Notes under the pieces: model-generated | What the model was told of the DNA's origin: nothing | What the model saw: only the letters and a program-made list of their open reading frames with translations | Database searches by the model: none | Origin: Octopus sinensis | Lineage: Eukaryota | Assembly (NCBI RefSeq): GCF_006345805.1 | Contig: NC_043000.1 | Location: forward strand, 77,376,001 to 77,440,000 | Direction of reading: 5' to 3' | DNA length: 64,000 nucleotides | Shown: positions 12,451-24,691 of the stretch, piece by piece | How the letters are laid out: each line of letters begins with the position of its first letter | Position numbering within the stretch: position 1 is the stretch's first letter | Translations under genes and position numbers: made by a program

Positions 12451-12598
12451 CGAGTGGCTTACTTCCCAACCACATAGTTCTGCATTTAGTCCCACTGCGT
12501 GGAACCTTGGGCAAGTGTCTTCTACTATAGTCTCGGGCTTACCAAACCCTTGAGAGTGAATTTGGTAGATGGAAACTGAAAGAAGCCCGTCGTATATA
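12451..12598 (+). mobile_element. tRNA-derived SINE, 5' part
   Basis: Matches the SINE body at 18960-19085 (agtcccactgc..ttgggcaagtgtcttctactatag..ggaaactgaaagaagccc). Confidence 0.85.
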
Positions 12599-12769
12599 TA
12601 CACACACACATACATATATATATTTCCCACCCTTTCCCTATTCTTCTCCTCTCCCCTTTACCGTTCCCTCTCTCTCACTCTTCCTTCTTGACTCTCTCGT
12701 CCCTCACACGTGACCAACGGTTATCTATCTATCTGCCACTTCCTTCCTAAATGCTTTTGTCTGTCTCTT

Positions 12770-13140
12770 CTCAAAGCTTGTTTTTCCAGCGTTCACCAAT
12801 TCATCTCGTGATAGCTTAACAACACTGACCATTTGTTTTTACTGTTTTGTTCTCACTGTCCTGTTTTTGTTACCACTTTAACCCTCCGAAAAAAGATCCC
12901 AAATTTAATTTAATTTGCTTTGCGCGAAGGACTGTTTTAATGAAGTCGCGTCTTCTCTCTACCTTCGAAACACGGAGTATATAAAACAGGGGTCAACTGA
13001 TGAAGGGAATGTTCTTTATGTTGTCTATCTCGTTTCTCTATTTGTTTCTTTCGTTGTTCGAAAAAAAAATTCGTTTTCTATGTTTTAGTTTTTTATGTGA
13101 CCCTTTCTCATTTTGTTCACGTTTTTTGACGTCCTGTACT
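12770..13140 (-). mobile_element. Penelope-like element 5' remnant (second copy 50690-51000)
   Basis: Shares SLKQSFAQSKLN.IWD-like translation and nucleotide similarity with 50700-50990; VVxLS..L..xEKQAL resembles the start of Penelope ORFs. Confidence 0.55.
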
Positions 13141-13235
13141 CAAATATACATATATATGTAGGTATGTACATATATGTATGTATATATGCATATATTTATA
13201 TATTAATTATATTATTTTATATATATATATGTATA

Positions 13236-14493
13236 TACCAGGTCATCCCATAAGTAATGTCCGGTCTTCTATATCTTTAATTTCTAAACTTTTTAATAAT
13301 ATTTTAGAATGTCTAATAGCATCAAGTAAGATTTATATGTATTTGGACATATTCAAACTCACTAGATTTCATTTTAAAGGATAATCTAATTGAAGTTTCA
13401 CGAATTATAGCTCTTCAAACATGGAAGTGTCTAAGGAGCATTTGAGGTACATAATGCTTTATGAGTTTAAAAAAGGGAACTCTGCAGCTGAAGTGACTCG
13501 AAATATTGACTCAGCTTATGGAGAAGAATGCCTGGATGAAAGAACTTGCAGAAGATGGTTTGTAAAATTCAGAAGTGATTTCAGCCTTGAAGATAAGGCC
13601 GGAACAGGACGTCCAATTGAGTTTGATGATAAGCTCTTTTTGATAGAACTTGAAAAAGATCATGGAGTTTCAGTTGGAGAATTGGCAAGCAAGCTTCGTT
13701 CAAGTCATACAACTATTCATCACCATGTTCAACAGCTTGGAAAGGTCCCAAAACTCGAAAAATAAGCTCCTCGTGATTTGTCTGAAATCAACTGCAGATC
13801 CCAGCTGGACATCTGCTCTTATCTTCGTTCTCGTGAACTCATCTCGACCTCTTAAGACAGACTGGTAACCGGTGATAAAAAACGGGTCACTTACCAAAAT
13901 GTTAAGCGTTGTAGACATTTTACCACAACCGTAAAGGAAACTCCATGCGAAGAAGGTTCTTCTCTCTGTTTGGTGAGATTGCAATGGAGTCATCCATTTT
14001 GAGTTGCTACTAACTAACGCAACAATCAATGTTCAAGTCTACTATCAGCAATTATAGCATTTGAACGCTGCTTTGAAGGAAAAAAGGGCCTTCTCTAGTG
14101 ATTCAAAAGGGACTGGTGCTCCATCAGAACAATGCAAGACCCCACACTGCTAAGATCACATTACAGAAAATCGAGGAACTTGGCTGGGAGAAAATTGCTC
14201 GTCTGCCTTATTCCCCAGACCTTGCTCCTTCAGATGACCCGTAGTTTACAGAATCATTTGGATGGATTAACTCTCGAAACAACTGAGGAATTTAAAACTG
14301 ACCTTTCAGAGTTCTTCTCTTCGAAGTTGAAAGAGTTTTTCACTAATGGAATTAGAATGGTTATGAGTAGATGGAAAGATGTCATAGTTAATCATGGAAA
14401 CTATATTGACAATTAAATTTCATTAAAATGTAAGATTTGATCACTTGTTTCCCTCACTTAAAATCCGGACATTATTTATGGGATGACCTAATA
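13236..14493 (+). mobile_element. Mariner (D,D34D) transposon, full length, transposase pseudogene
   Basis: TIRs aggtcatcccataagtaatgtccgg / ccggacattatttatgggatgacct in TA context; MEVSKEHLRYIMLYEFKKG..RRWFVKF, VTGDKK, HQNNARPH, YSPDLAPSD; frameshifts and stops. Confidence 0.95.
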
Positions 14494-14500
14494 TATATAT

Positions 14501-14559
<59 letters not shown>

Positions 14560-14633
14560 TGTTTGTGTGTGTGTGTGTTGTGTGTGTGTGTGTGTGTGTG
14601 TTTGTGTGTATGTGTTTGTGTGTGTTATGCATG

Positions 14634-15075
14634 TACAGGGTGGGGCAGAGAGGACGGACGTTTTTGAAAAATACACAAAATCATTAATTGACATCAATGT
14701 GTTTGTTTTGTCAAAAACAAATATGGAAAAGAACATCCATCATGTGGCGTCCGTTTTCACTGATGCATTTCTGAAGGCATTCTTGGAAGTTGGCCTCAAC
14801 TCTCTCCAACATTGCTCTGTCGACTTAGGTGACTTCCACGCGAATAGCTTCCTTCAAATCGTCTGAGCAGAGCGATTCGGACTCGTATCAAAGTTTGTCG
14901 CGTTCCACGTTTTCCGGGGTCCGTACCGTACGTGCCCCCCCCCCAGTCTCCTATTCATTAATGTACCTCGTGTACGAAGTGCATTCACCTGATGTAAGAC
15001 TGTGTTACGGATAGAAACAGCTTGGTTTCGGTGAACGTTGAAGTGGCGCCGAAACTTGCTGAACTACTGTGACAA
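14634..15075 (-). mobile_element. Internally deleted Tc1/mariner-family element
   Basis: Minus strand VRTPENVER (HTH region) joined to DDLKEAIRVEV..FQECLQKCISENGRHM (C-terminus); terminus tacagggtggggcag at ~14634. Confidence 0.7.
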
Positions 15076-15079
15076 ACTC

Positions 15080-15830
15080 GTTATTCTTCATGTAACTGGC
15101 GTAGGCAAACATGCGATGCTCTATTGTACACAGCTAGTAGGGAGTCATAGTAGTAAAGGGGGAAGGTGGGAGGAAGAGGAAAGGGTGGTTTAGGTAGTAT
15201 GTGAATGGTAACCTTTGTGTTAGTTTGTATGAAAACTATAGAATTAAAGGCTGAGATAATGAAAATGGGAATGGCCATTCTTTGAAGGAAATAAGTTGAC
15301 TGGCTCAGTAGCTGAGGGAGATTAGTATGGTATGTAGAGATGTATGGGTGAAGATAAACGGAGATAGAGTGGGGGTCAAAATAGTAGTTATTAGTGGGGT
15401 AAATGAACTGGGTTGGTATTGGAGGGGTGTTATGGTATGGAGAGGTATATGAAATTGAATACAGGGATTTGAATAGAGAGGGGGTAGAGATAGATTGGTT
15501 AGTTTTCAAAAGAGTGGGGTAGTGTTAAGTACTTTTGAAGGTAGGGAGGGTGGGGAGGCTGAGTGGGAAGTTGGAAGTAGTGGATTAGAAGAATTTGGAA
15601 ATGTGTATACGAGAATGAATAAGAGGCGGGGAGTATTTTTTAAGTGATAGGTTGCTAGCCTGGCTTTGTGTTAATTTAAGGTTATTTTGGGTGCGTGAAA
15701 GATGAAAAGTACCTTCGTTTACAGGAATAAGTTACATCAGAGAATCTGTTTAGTAATTAGGAGTTGTGAAGGCGAATAATGGTTAATGATTCTTTTAGAC
15801 ATAACTTGGCATATCCCATGTGAGAGCTGA
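15080..15830 (-). mobile_element. Penelope-like 3' fragment (GIY-YIG C-terminus and pyrimidine-rich UTR)
   Basis: Minus strand KESLTIIRLHNSxLLNRFSDVTYSCKRR (~15700-15795) fits the E...I...LLN...CRH end of Penelope GIY-YIG domains. Confidence 0.55.
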
Positions 15831-15834
15831 GAAT

Positions 15835-15945
15835 ATTTTGCTCAATGAACTTGGATGACGAAGGTTTCTGCTCGGTGGTGCCACGTCTTCTGACACGTGA
15901 CCGAAAGCGCACCAGGCTGACCATGTTACAGGAAAATGTGATATT
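15835..15945 (+). mobile_element. Mariner fragment of the same family as 19464-20616
   Basis: aacttggatgacgaagg..ggtggtgccacgtcttctgacacgtgaccgaa matches the reverse complement of 20085-20170. Confidence 0.85.
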
Positions 15946-16069
15946 AATAACCCCTAACCCTGAAATTTATTTTCTCCTCTCACTATTCTCTATCTAAATA
16001 CCTCCAAATTCCTCCTAATACACTCAGTTCTCCACAAAATCATTCCATCTTTAATCTCCTTTCTGTCAG

Positions 16070-16215
16070 CCCCTCAAATGTAGAACTTCTTCCCTGAAGA
16101 CGGAGGTTGGTATTATCTGGTGCTAGAATCAATTTAGAATCATTATTTTGGATCACTAACTCTCAAGAAACAGCTGTTGGACTCGTAAAACTCTTATTCA
16201 ACCCCTTTAATTCCT
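16070..16215 (+). mobile_element. Penelope-like pseudo-LTR fragment with hammerhead-like core
   Basis: CTGAAGA (16094) + stem ggaggttggt..actaactctc + GAAACAGCTGTT (16167), palindromic ACAGCTGT. Confidence 0.5.
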
Positions 16216-16345
16216 GATATCATTTCTATTCTGTGTTAGTCGGACCTCTCTATATGTAAACATATCTATATTTTTTGTATATCGATTTGCCTAACTTACT
16301 TATCCTTACGTTTACTCCTATATATATATATATATATATACAATA

Positions 16346-17601
16346 TATGTTAGTGGTCAAGGAAGTTCTTGCAGTTTTTAACCTTTAAATTCAGATACAC
16401 ATATCTCGGCTGAAACATAAATTTATTAATTGAAAAAAACACCATCAGAATGAACTCACTTTTGCCAACGCGAAACAAGTTTGTTTATGCCAGTAGCGTA
16501 AAAATCCTGCGTTCTTGTGGCGATGAAGTCATTGAAAGTGTGTTTGGCATCGTCTTGATTTTTGAAGCATTTCTCACGCTGGAAGTTGTCGAGATGCTTG
16601 AAAAAGTGGTAGTCGGTAGGCGAGAGGCCTGGTGAGTATGGCAGATGTGGCAGAGTTTCGTAGCCCAATTCGCTCAACTTCTGTAGGGTCAGTTGTGCGA
16701 CGTGCGGCCGAGCGTTGTCATGGAGAATTGGTTCTTTTCTATTGACCGATGCTGGCTGTTGTTGTCGGAGTTTCTTATGCATTTCATCCATTTGTTGACA
16801 GTACTTCTCCGCCGTAATGGTTTCGCCTGGATCCAAAAAACTGTGATGGATGAGACCGGCCAAAGACCACCAAACAGTCCCCATGACCTTCTTTTGGTGC
16901 AACTTTAGCTTCGGGAAGTGCCGTGGAGCTTCGTCGGCGTCCAACCACTAAGCTGAGCGTCGCCGGTTGTCGTAAAGAATCCACTTTTCATCGCAAATCA
17001 CAATCCGGTCGAGAAGCAGGTCGCTCTTGTTAGGTAAAAGAAGGGAAGACGACACTTCAAAACGGCATTTTTTTTTGGTTGTCGTTCAATTCGTGCGGCA
17101 CCTCAAGTATTTTTGTTTTTCCAATCTCTTTCAAGTGGTTGGAAATTGTCGTATACGTTTCGTCTAACTCGGAAGCAAGCTCTCGAACAGTTGTGCGTGA
17201 CCTGGCTTCGACTAAGGCTCTTATTTGATCGTTGTCAACATCCGATAGCCGACCACTACGCTTATCATTTTCAAGACTCTCGTCACCGCTACGAAATTTC
17301 TTGAACCACCATTGTGCTGTACGTTCATTAGTGGTTCCCGGGCCAAACACATCGTTGATATTGCAAGCTGTTTCAGCAGCTTTTCGACCTAGCTTGAACT
17401 GGAATAAGAAAATTGTGCGAATCTGCTTTTTGTCCATGTTGTATTCAATGTTCCGGAAAAAATGGCCTAATTATTCAAAAAGAAAATGTAACGCGAATAG
17501 ATAGAGAGGGTTTTAAAACAATATATAAAGTAACAGTAATTTAACGAAAATTTATTTGAAAATACATCACTTAAAACCAAAATTGAAAATTCCGCAAGAA
17601 C

Positions 17602-17608
<7 letters not shown>
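16346..17608 (-). mobile_element. Mariner (D,D34D) transposon, near full length, pseudogene
   Basis: MDKKQIRTIFLFQFKLGRKAAET..WFKKFRSGDESLE, VPHEL, HDNARPH, YSPGLSPTDYHFF; terminal gttcttgcagtttt / aaaattccgcaagaac inverted repeats. Confidence 0.95.
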
Positions 17609-17676
<68 letters not shown>

Positions 17677-17682
17677 TGTGTG

Positions 17683-17725
<43 letters not shown>

Positions 17726-17744
17726 TGTGTGCGTGAATACATAC

Positions 17745-19320
17745 ATAGGAGTGGCTGTGTGGTAAGTAGCTTGCTTACCCGCGCATGCACATTGAACAAG
17801 GGGGACATGAGCTAGTACGCTCCGTCCTAAAACTGAAAATTAAGAAGTCGGTCAAGGTAGGTGATTTCGTTTGTTTTGAGTTGGGCGTGATTTATTGTTT
17901 TGAAATTTTTTTCAATAAATTTCGCCCAGATCTGGGACAATTTCACCTGCTCTCGGCGGCTATTGTGATTTTTGTATGTTGAAAAAATGTTGGGGGCGTA
18001 TCCCCGCACAAAAATTGAAGTTGGTTCCAGTCATTAAAAATTTTTGTGGCCCATTGTGGCGAAGATTCGTCTTCTGTGGATTTAAAATTCCAGCTCGGAG
18101 TACCAGCCGAAGAAGAGCGCCAGGAGTACCTGTGGCCGGAATTGTGTAGTTGCCATTTGGAACCATATTTTTATTTCTTCGAGAGGTGAGGAAGAGACTC
18201 TGGACAAAGCAGAAGAGCCCCACTCTCCTGAAATCAGGAAGAAAAGAAAGAAGAACGGGTCATTGCAGGTGGGAGATGATGTGCCGTCTGCATGTCCCGA
18301 AGTTGTGTCACCCACGGGGGAAGAAACGACCCCACCCTTAAAGATGATGAATTAATTATCTTTTTCTACAAGGGCGGGGAGGTGGAAAAATAGTAGAACA
18401 TAAAGAGACAGTAGATATGCCCTTCACACAGGATGTGGAGGTCATAAGGTTTCCCTCGTGGGAAAGGCTTAAATGATTTGGGGAGGAGTGTCGCATATGG
18501 CCGGGTGGCCCTTACACGATTTACATGTCTTACATGAGTGAGGCATGGGAAATGGTGGGATACTGGAACTCAAGCGTTATTGAAGATAATGACGGATATA
18601 TTGATGGATATATCGATGAGCAGGAGGTGAAAAAGCCTCGTTAGAGGGTTTGAAACCTCATCTTAATGTATTATTTGTAGTGGTTTATAACCTAAATTGT
18701 TTGTTTTGAAAAAACCATGTTCAGTAAGAGGTTTTAGTGCCTCCTTCTTGTAAGAGGTTTGAAACCTCATATTGATCTTTAAAAAAAGAAAACTGTTTTC
18801 GAGAAAAATCCAATCGGTGGGTGTTGGGTTTCGTCTCTCATTTATTCATTTTATTTCATTTCATTTTCATTCATTAATGTGTTTGTCCAGCCCGCAAAGC
18901 TACCCAATCTTTGTACTGTCTATATGACAAATTTAATGAAATAAAGTAATTTTCTTACCAAACACATGGTTCCGGGTTCAGTCCCACTGCATGGCACTTT
19001 GGGCAAGTGTCTCCTACTATAGCCTCGGGCCAACCAAAGCCTTGTGAGTGGATTTGGTTGACGGAAACTGAAAGAAGCCCATCGTATATATATACATGCA
19101 TATATATATATGTGTGTGTGTTTGTGTGTCTGTGTTTGTCCCCCCAACATCACTTGACAACTGATGCTGGTGTGTTTACGTACCCGTAAATTAGCGGTTC
19201 GGCAAAAAAGGCCGATAGAATAAGTACTAGGCTTACAAAGAATAAGTCCTGGGGTAGATTTGCTCGACTAAAGGCGGTGCTCCAGCATGGCTGCAGTCAA
19301 ATGACTGAAACAAGTAAAGA
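17745..19320 (+). mobile_element. tRNA-derived SINE split by a 1.17-kb insertion (pieces 17745-17779 and 18954-19320)
   Basis: Head ggagtggctgtgtggtaagtagcttgcttacc resumes at 18960 with aaacacatggttccgggttcagtccc; 3' end aaggcggtgctccagcatggctgcagtcaaatgactgaaacaagtaaa. Confidence 0.9.
17780..18953 (+). mobile_element. Unclassified retroposon-like insertion with CTTACC target-site duplication
   Basis: CTTACC at 17774-17779 and 18954-18959; broken coding-like frames (VPAEEERQEYLWPELCSCHLEP; SPEIRKKRKK; KIVEHKETVDMPFTQDVEVIRFPSWERLK); ends aaataaagtaatttt. Confidence 0.7.
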
Positions 19321-19343
19321 GTGTATATATATATATATACACA

Positions 19344-19374
<31 letters not shown>

Positions 19375-19463
19375 ATATTATGATATATGTACACACACAC
19401 TAACACATACATGCAAACACACACACAGACATGCACACACACACAGACATGCACACACACACA

Positions 19464-20611
19464 TGCGGGTCGGCTGAAAAGTTCACAGGCTAACCAAGAT
19501 ACTCCATGGACTATGACCAAATGAGGTCCACACCCTTCTTCCATCGATGTTGCAAAGCTTGTATCCCATTGGTGAATGAGCTTTCATCCAATTGCTCAAA
19601 GAAGTCATAACAGCAGGTATCTAGTCATCATCACTGCGATACCGGTGAAGTGCTTTTTTTCGTGTTGGAGAACAGATAATAGTCAGATGGGGCCAAATCA
19701 GAGGAATAAGGAGGGTAATCAACCATTTTAAAGCCACAGTCACGCACAGAAGCCATTAAAACCAATGACTTGTGTTCCGGAGCATTGTTCTTACGTCAGT
19801 TTTCCAAAGAATTTGGTCTTGATAGCCTTTCATAACTGCCTCAGCAACTTGGCGTAGTACTCTCCAATAAACACAATGCCTTTTGCATCACCCAAAACTG
19901 AGGCCATCCCCTTCCTTGCAGATGAAACGACCTTGGCCTGAATTGGAGCAGATAAGGAGGGGTAGATCCACTGCATGGACTGTCTCTTTGTCTCTGGTCC
20001 AAAGTGATGAACCCGACATTCATCCTGGCTTAGGAAACTTTTAAGGAAACCAGCTGGATCTGTTGGAAGCAATGTCACAGTTTCCTGTAATGCGGTCAGC
20101 CTGGTGCGCCTTCGGTCACGTGTCAGAAGACGTGGAACCACCGAGCAGTAACCTTCATCATCCAAGTTCATTGAGCAAAATATTATCAGCTCTCACATGA
20201 GATATGCCAATAGCATTGGCTGTTTGATCACTATGTGGTGGGTACGATCAATGTCTTCCTCGGTGTTGGCAGTTGCAGGACGTCTAGACCTCCAAGACTA
20301 TCCGTTCCCATTCAAAATACATCTGCCCACGTTTGCACTGTTGATAAAGCTGGAGCAACCAGGTCAACATGAATGCTTTGGGGGCTAAACCCTTTTTCTG
20401 CAGTTACTTGATAAAACCACGATGCCCAATTCTGCCGATGTTCAAGGAGAAGTTGTTACTAGTTACTTCTGAAGTATCCTTTGAACAGTTAGATATTAGT
20501 TTTGGAAAGAAACAAAGTAATTATTCATAAGAAGAAATGAAATTAATGCATGCAAAATTTCACAGCCCTAGCATCACTTCGAAGTTAGTCTATGAAATTT
20601 TCAGCCTACTC

Positions 20612-20616
<5 letters not shown>
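19464..20616 (-). mobile_element. Mariner transposon, full length, pseudogene
   Basis: TIRs gcgggtcggctgaaaagttcacaggctaac / gttagtctatgaaattttcagcctactcccg; SQDECRVHHF.PETKRQSMQW and PYSSDLAPSDYYLF. Confidence 0.92.
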
Positions 20617-20657
<41 letters not shown>

Positions 20658-21156
20658 TTTGATTTCAGTTATTTGTTATTTCACTGCGAATATCTTTTAA
20701 TAAAAACATATTGTTTTATTTTCCATTAGAATACAAATATAGAAGCAAAATAACATTTAGTTAACTAAGACTTATATATTACTTTCTATATTGTCAAACT
20801 ATGTCATTGGTAAAGCATTTCATTGTTCTGAAAACGATGTAACATTATAGCAATCCTATTCAATTTTGTAGGCATACACAGTTCAAATGCTGTCTGATCA
20901 AAGTGGTTAGCTGTATCAGCGGCAAAACACTGGGCCAGCTGTCTTAGAATTCATGGACCGCGCAATCAACGGAGGTTTTCATGTATGCGAAGAGGATGTG
21001 AGTGAAGTCTGTGGTGAGGAGGTGGGAGGAATAGAAAGATCGGTGAGGTTTCCACTGATCTCGGTTATTGTCCGATTTATATTAATGTTAAAGGGACCTC
21101 CGAATCAGATAATGCAATCTTTTATTTCTTCCGGTCATTGCACTACTGCCATACTG

Positions 21157-21390
21157 GGGTATCGCCTTGAAGGGCTTTGGTCGAACTAAACGACCCCAAT
21201 ACTTATGAATCGCTAATTTAAGGGTAAGTAAACAAACTAATATCGATTGCCAAGAGGTGGCCGTGACAGTAACAAGCACAGTCACAAAGTCACACACATA
21301 TGCATACGTGGGGCTTCCACACAGTTTCCCTCCACCAAAATCACTCACAGAGCATCGTTGGCTAGGAGATCTGGGAACTGTTCCTAATGC
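21157..21390 (-). mobile_element. Degenerate SINE copy
   Basis: gcttccacacagtttcc..ccaaaatcactcacagagc and gtatcgccttgaagggctttggtcg are the antisense of the SINE at 18960-19320. Confidence 0.7.
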
Positions 21391-21925
21391 CATTCAGTAA
21401 CAACTCTAGCTGTCTGAATTGGTGCATTATCATCCTGAATAATTGCGTTTCCCTCCGGAAACAGTTCCGCAACCTTAGGATAAATTTGATCAGATGAAAG
21501 CTTTAAATAGTCTTGACTATTAATTCTGCCATTAAGAGTAACCATTGGGCCGGCGGATATCCAAGACATAGCACCCCACCCTCAAATTATCACAGATCCT
21601 CCTCTATGTTTAACAGTTGGAAGAAGGCAGTCTGGGCCAAATGCTTCTTTTGGTTGTCTCCACACGTATACTCGGCCGGTGGTCGGAAATAAGGTAAAGG
21701 ATGACTAGCCCGAGAAATAACCAATTCTGTAAGTTTTTTCTCTAAACACTTTGCGACGTTTGTTTTTAAAAGTAGTGGTTTTATGATTGCAGCCCTCCCG
21801 TGAAATCCATCCGGCTTTGTGCAGCTCCCGGCGAACAGTTTTTCTGGAAACTGGGTTCTCGAGGTGGTCATTAAGCTCTGCAGTAATTTTGGGAGCTGTA
21901 CTTTTGTGATCCTTTCTAACAATTC
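21385..21925 (-). mobile_element. Tc1 (DD34E) transposase remnant
   Basis: KITAELNDHLENPVSRKTVRRELHKAG.HGRAAIIKPLL and GRINSQDY..IIQDDNAPIQTAR. Confidence 0.88.
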
Positions 21926-22043
21926 GCGTATATATACATACGCACATAATATATATGCATACATATATACATACATACATACATGCACACATACATATAT
22001 GCATACATACACACATACATACATACATACATACATACATACA

Positions 22044-22074
<31 letters not shown>

Positions 22075-22561
22075 GCCCACACATGTATGTATTTACTACC
22101 GAAACTTGAGTGAAAGCCAATATATTTATATACATAGAGGAAATCTAGCATAAATGTTCCACAGCCGTTTTCTGGACACAAATTTCATTTTTCTTTATAA
22201 AACAACATTAACACCATCATTATCACCCTCCACAACAACAGCAACAACAATTTTTGTGCTTGCATTACAATACTAGTGTTTCATATAAAAAGCAGATCCC
22301 ACCATTTTCCCATTTCTTCATCGCTTTGTGTGACCCATTAGGTCGTTTCTGTTCTTGTGGTTATTGTTGATGTTTTCTTTTGATTTGTTTTGTTGATCTT
22401 GTTTGTTTCTTTTTATTCCCTTTCGGTGTTTCGTTTCTCGTTATTTGGTCGGCTATTTTTATTTTATTCATTCATTTATTTTATTGTTTTTGTACCCCTT
22501 CGAAAGGGCGTTGTCGGTTTTAGCAGTGAAGCATGATGCTGTTCTAGGAAGTTTATGAAGA

Positions 22562-22592
<31 letters not shown>

Positions 22593-22808
22593 GGGAGGGG
22601 GTTATATGTCGTAATCAACCAACATTTATATAATATCTGTTTATGGAAACATTCAATTACACACACATTTAGAGACGTACACACAAAGCTTTTACATCCA
22701 TACACGCACATAAACAGAGACCTACATACAAAACTTGTCTACGTACACAAGCACTCACATTCATTCTTTTCCGTATTAGTTTCTATGCACGGACATTCTC
22801 CTCTTCAG

Positions 22809-23012
22809 ATGCCGACTGGAAATCTCAAGGAATTTGGTACATTCCAAAAGTATTTTACTCTTCAGCGCTACCAAGTAGCCCTGGTGCTACTGAAGCATTT
22901 TCTAGTCCTTTTAGGTCACATAGTTTCGCACGTTTCCTCTCTATTTCTCGTCCATGTAGTCTTTATCCCTCGCAAACTAGGGGCAGTTGCAACCACTCCA
23001 ACTATACAATAG
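22809..23012 (+). other. Candidate coding exon (204 bp, phase 1-1)
   Basis: Acceptor attctcctcttcag and donor AG|GTATTT; open frame DADWKSQGIWYIPKVFYSS..SRPCSLYPSQTRGSCNHSNYTI in non-repetitive sequence; no recognised homology. Confidence 0.3.
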
Positions 23013-24079
23013 GTATTTCATTTTACTATTTGTTCAGGAATTGTCCTTTACTCTACCATCATTGTCGTCGTCGTCGTCGTCCGTCATCATCATCATCATC
23101 ATCATCATTTGCGGATAGGTTTTAAGTGCTTCGTTACCATATTCGTTTTGAAATACATAACCTTTGTCTCAATTAATTTTTTAAATGCTGAAGAAATTAG
23201 TAAAATAACAGAATCATTATTAGAATGGTTTTTGGAATTCCAATACGAAATTTTAATGAAAGGTTCTAATTTGGATCACTTTAAATCAGGACGCTGGTAT
23301 AGTAGAATCAGGGGTGATCTGAGGTGAGTGGGTATCAAAAGGGGTAAGTTACCTCATTTAACCCACATCACCCCTGTCTTTCTTTGCTTTTATATATGTA
23401 TATATGTGTGTATGCATAAATATATGTGTATATGTATGCATATACATACTTACATACATATATATATGTATGTGTATACACGCATGCATTTGCACACACT
23501 CTCACGCATACACACACAGACATGAAATAGAAGTGTACAGTGTTATATATCCATCACGGTTGATCTTAGCAATCGGTTTCGCGCTAGGGGCAACAATCCG
23601 ATTATATAACCATATATATATATATATATAACGTATGTTCTGGTATATTAGATGTACCCTTTTTACCCCATATTTCCCCACAAAAGTCACCATGCTCCTT
23701 ATATGCTGAAGAATCAGACTTTGGGTATATTTTGTTAGTGTTATTAACGATGGACCATAGAGGTGACGGTGGAGATCAGTGTTGATATTTGTTAGTGTTA
23801 AGGTAGTTATTGTAACTTAGTTTAACATAATAGCTTACCAAAGGCGCCAGTTTAAATTTTCATGGTTCCTATACATGAAAATGTGTGAGATATTCAGTTT
23901 GAGACTTGCGGGGTTAGCTTTCTATTTTCTCGCAAATTAGGTCTGCCAAAATTGGGGTACGCCTTATTTGCCCGAAAATACGGAATATGTACATATATGT
24001 GTATATATACACGTATGTGTGTGTGTCTATGCATATATACACACACATATAGATATATATGTACATACACATACATATG

Positions 24080-24142
<63 letters not shown>

Positions 24143-24691
24143 ATATGTATATCTTTATATATATAAAACTGAGAATGTGTGTCTCTGTCTGTCTGTTTGT
24201 GTGTTTCCCTAAAACTTGAGAACTACACAACCAATTTCATTCAAATTTTACATATGCCTTACTTAGGGTCCATGTAGTTTCATGGGCAAAAACAAATGTT
24301 CAACTTCTTGCCTAGAGCGAGCCATATCAATATCATATCTTCTCCACTATTTCAGTAATACGTGTTAAAAGTGAAACAAAAATATTTCTCTATTTTATGT
24401 CAGATGCTTTCGCTTTAACAATAAAAATAATAATAACAATTGAATTATATGTAGTAAGTAATAATTAAAATCAAGCTAAAGTATAATATAAGTAAAAATA
24501 GCAATTGGTATAAAATTGCATCAGTGATTTGAACTTGAATAAGTGGTTTCACATGAATGGGAATTAAATTAAAAATAAAATTAGCGTGCAGAAATGGAAT
24601 AGTCCAGATGGATAATAAAAATTTAAATTAAAGAAAAGACTATTTTCTATAAAGTATACAATCTAGAGAAAAAAGAAGAGCTAACAATTGC

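Noticed and set aside
17745-17779. tRNA-like A-box sequence (and B-box-like sequence near 51985 and 18970)
   Set aside because: SINE heads without a complete cloverleaf; not tRNA genes
20870-21060. GC-richer patch with acceptor-like sites on both strands
   Set aside because: All three frames hit stops shortly after either acceptor; no coding support, although a non-coding exon is not excluded
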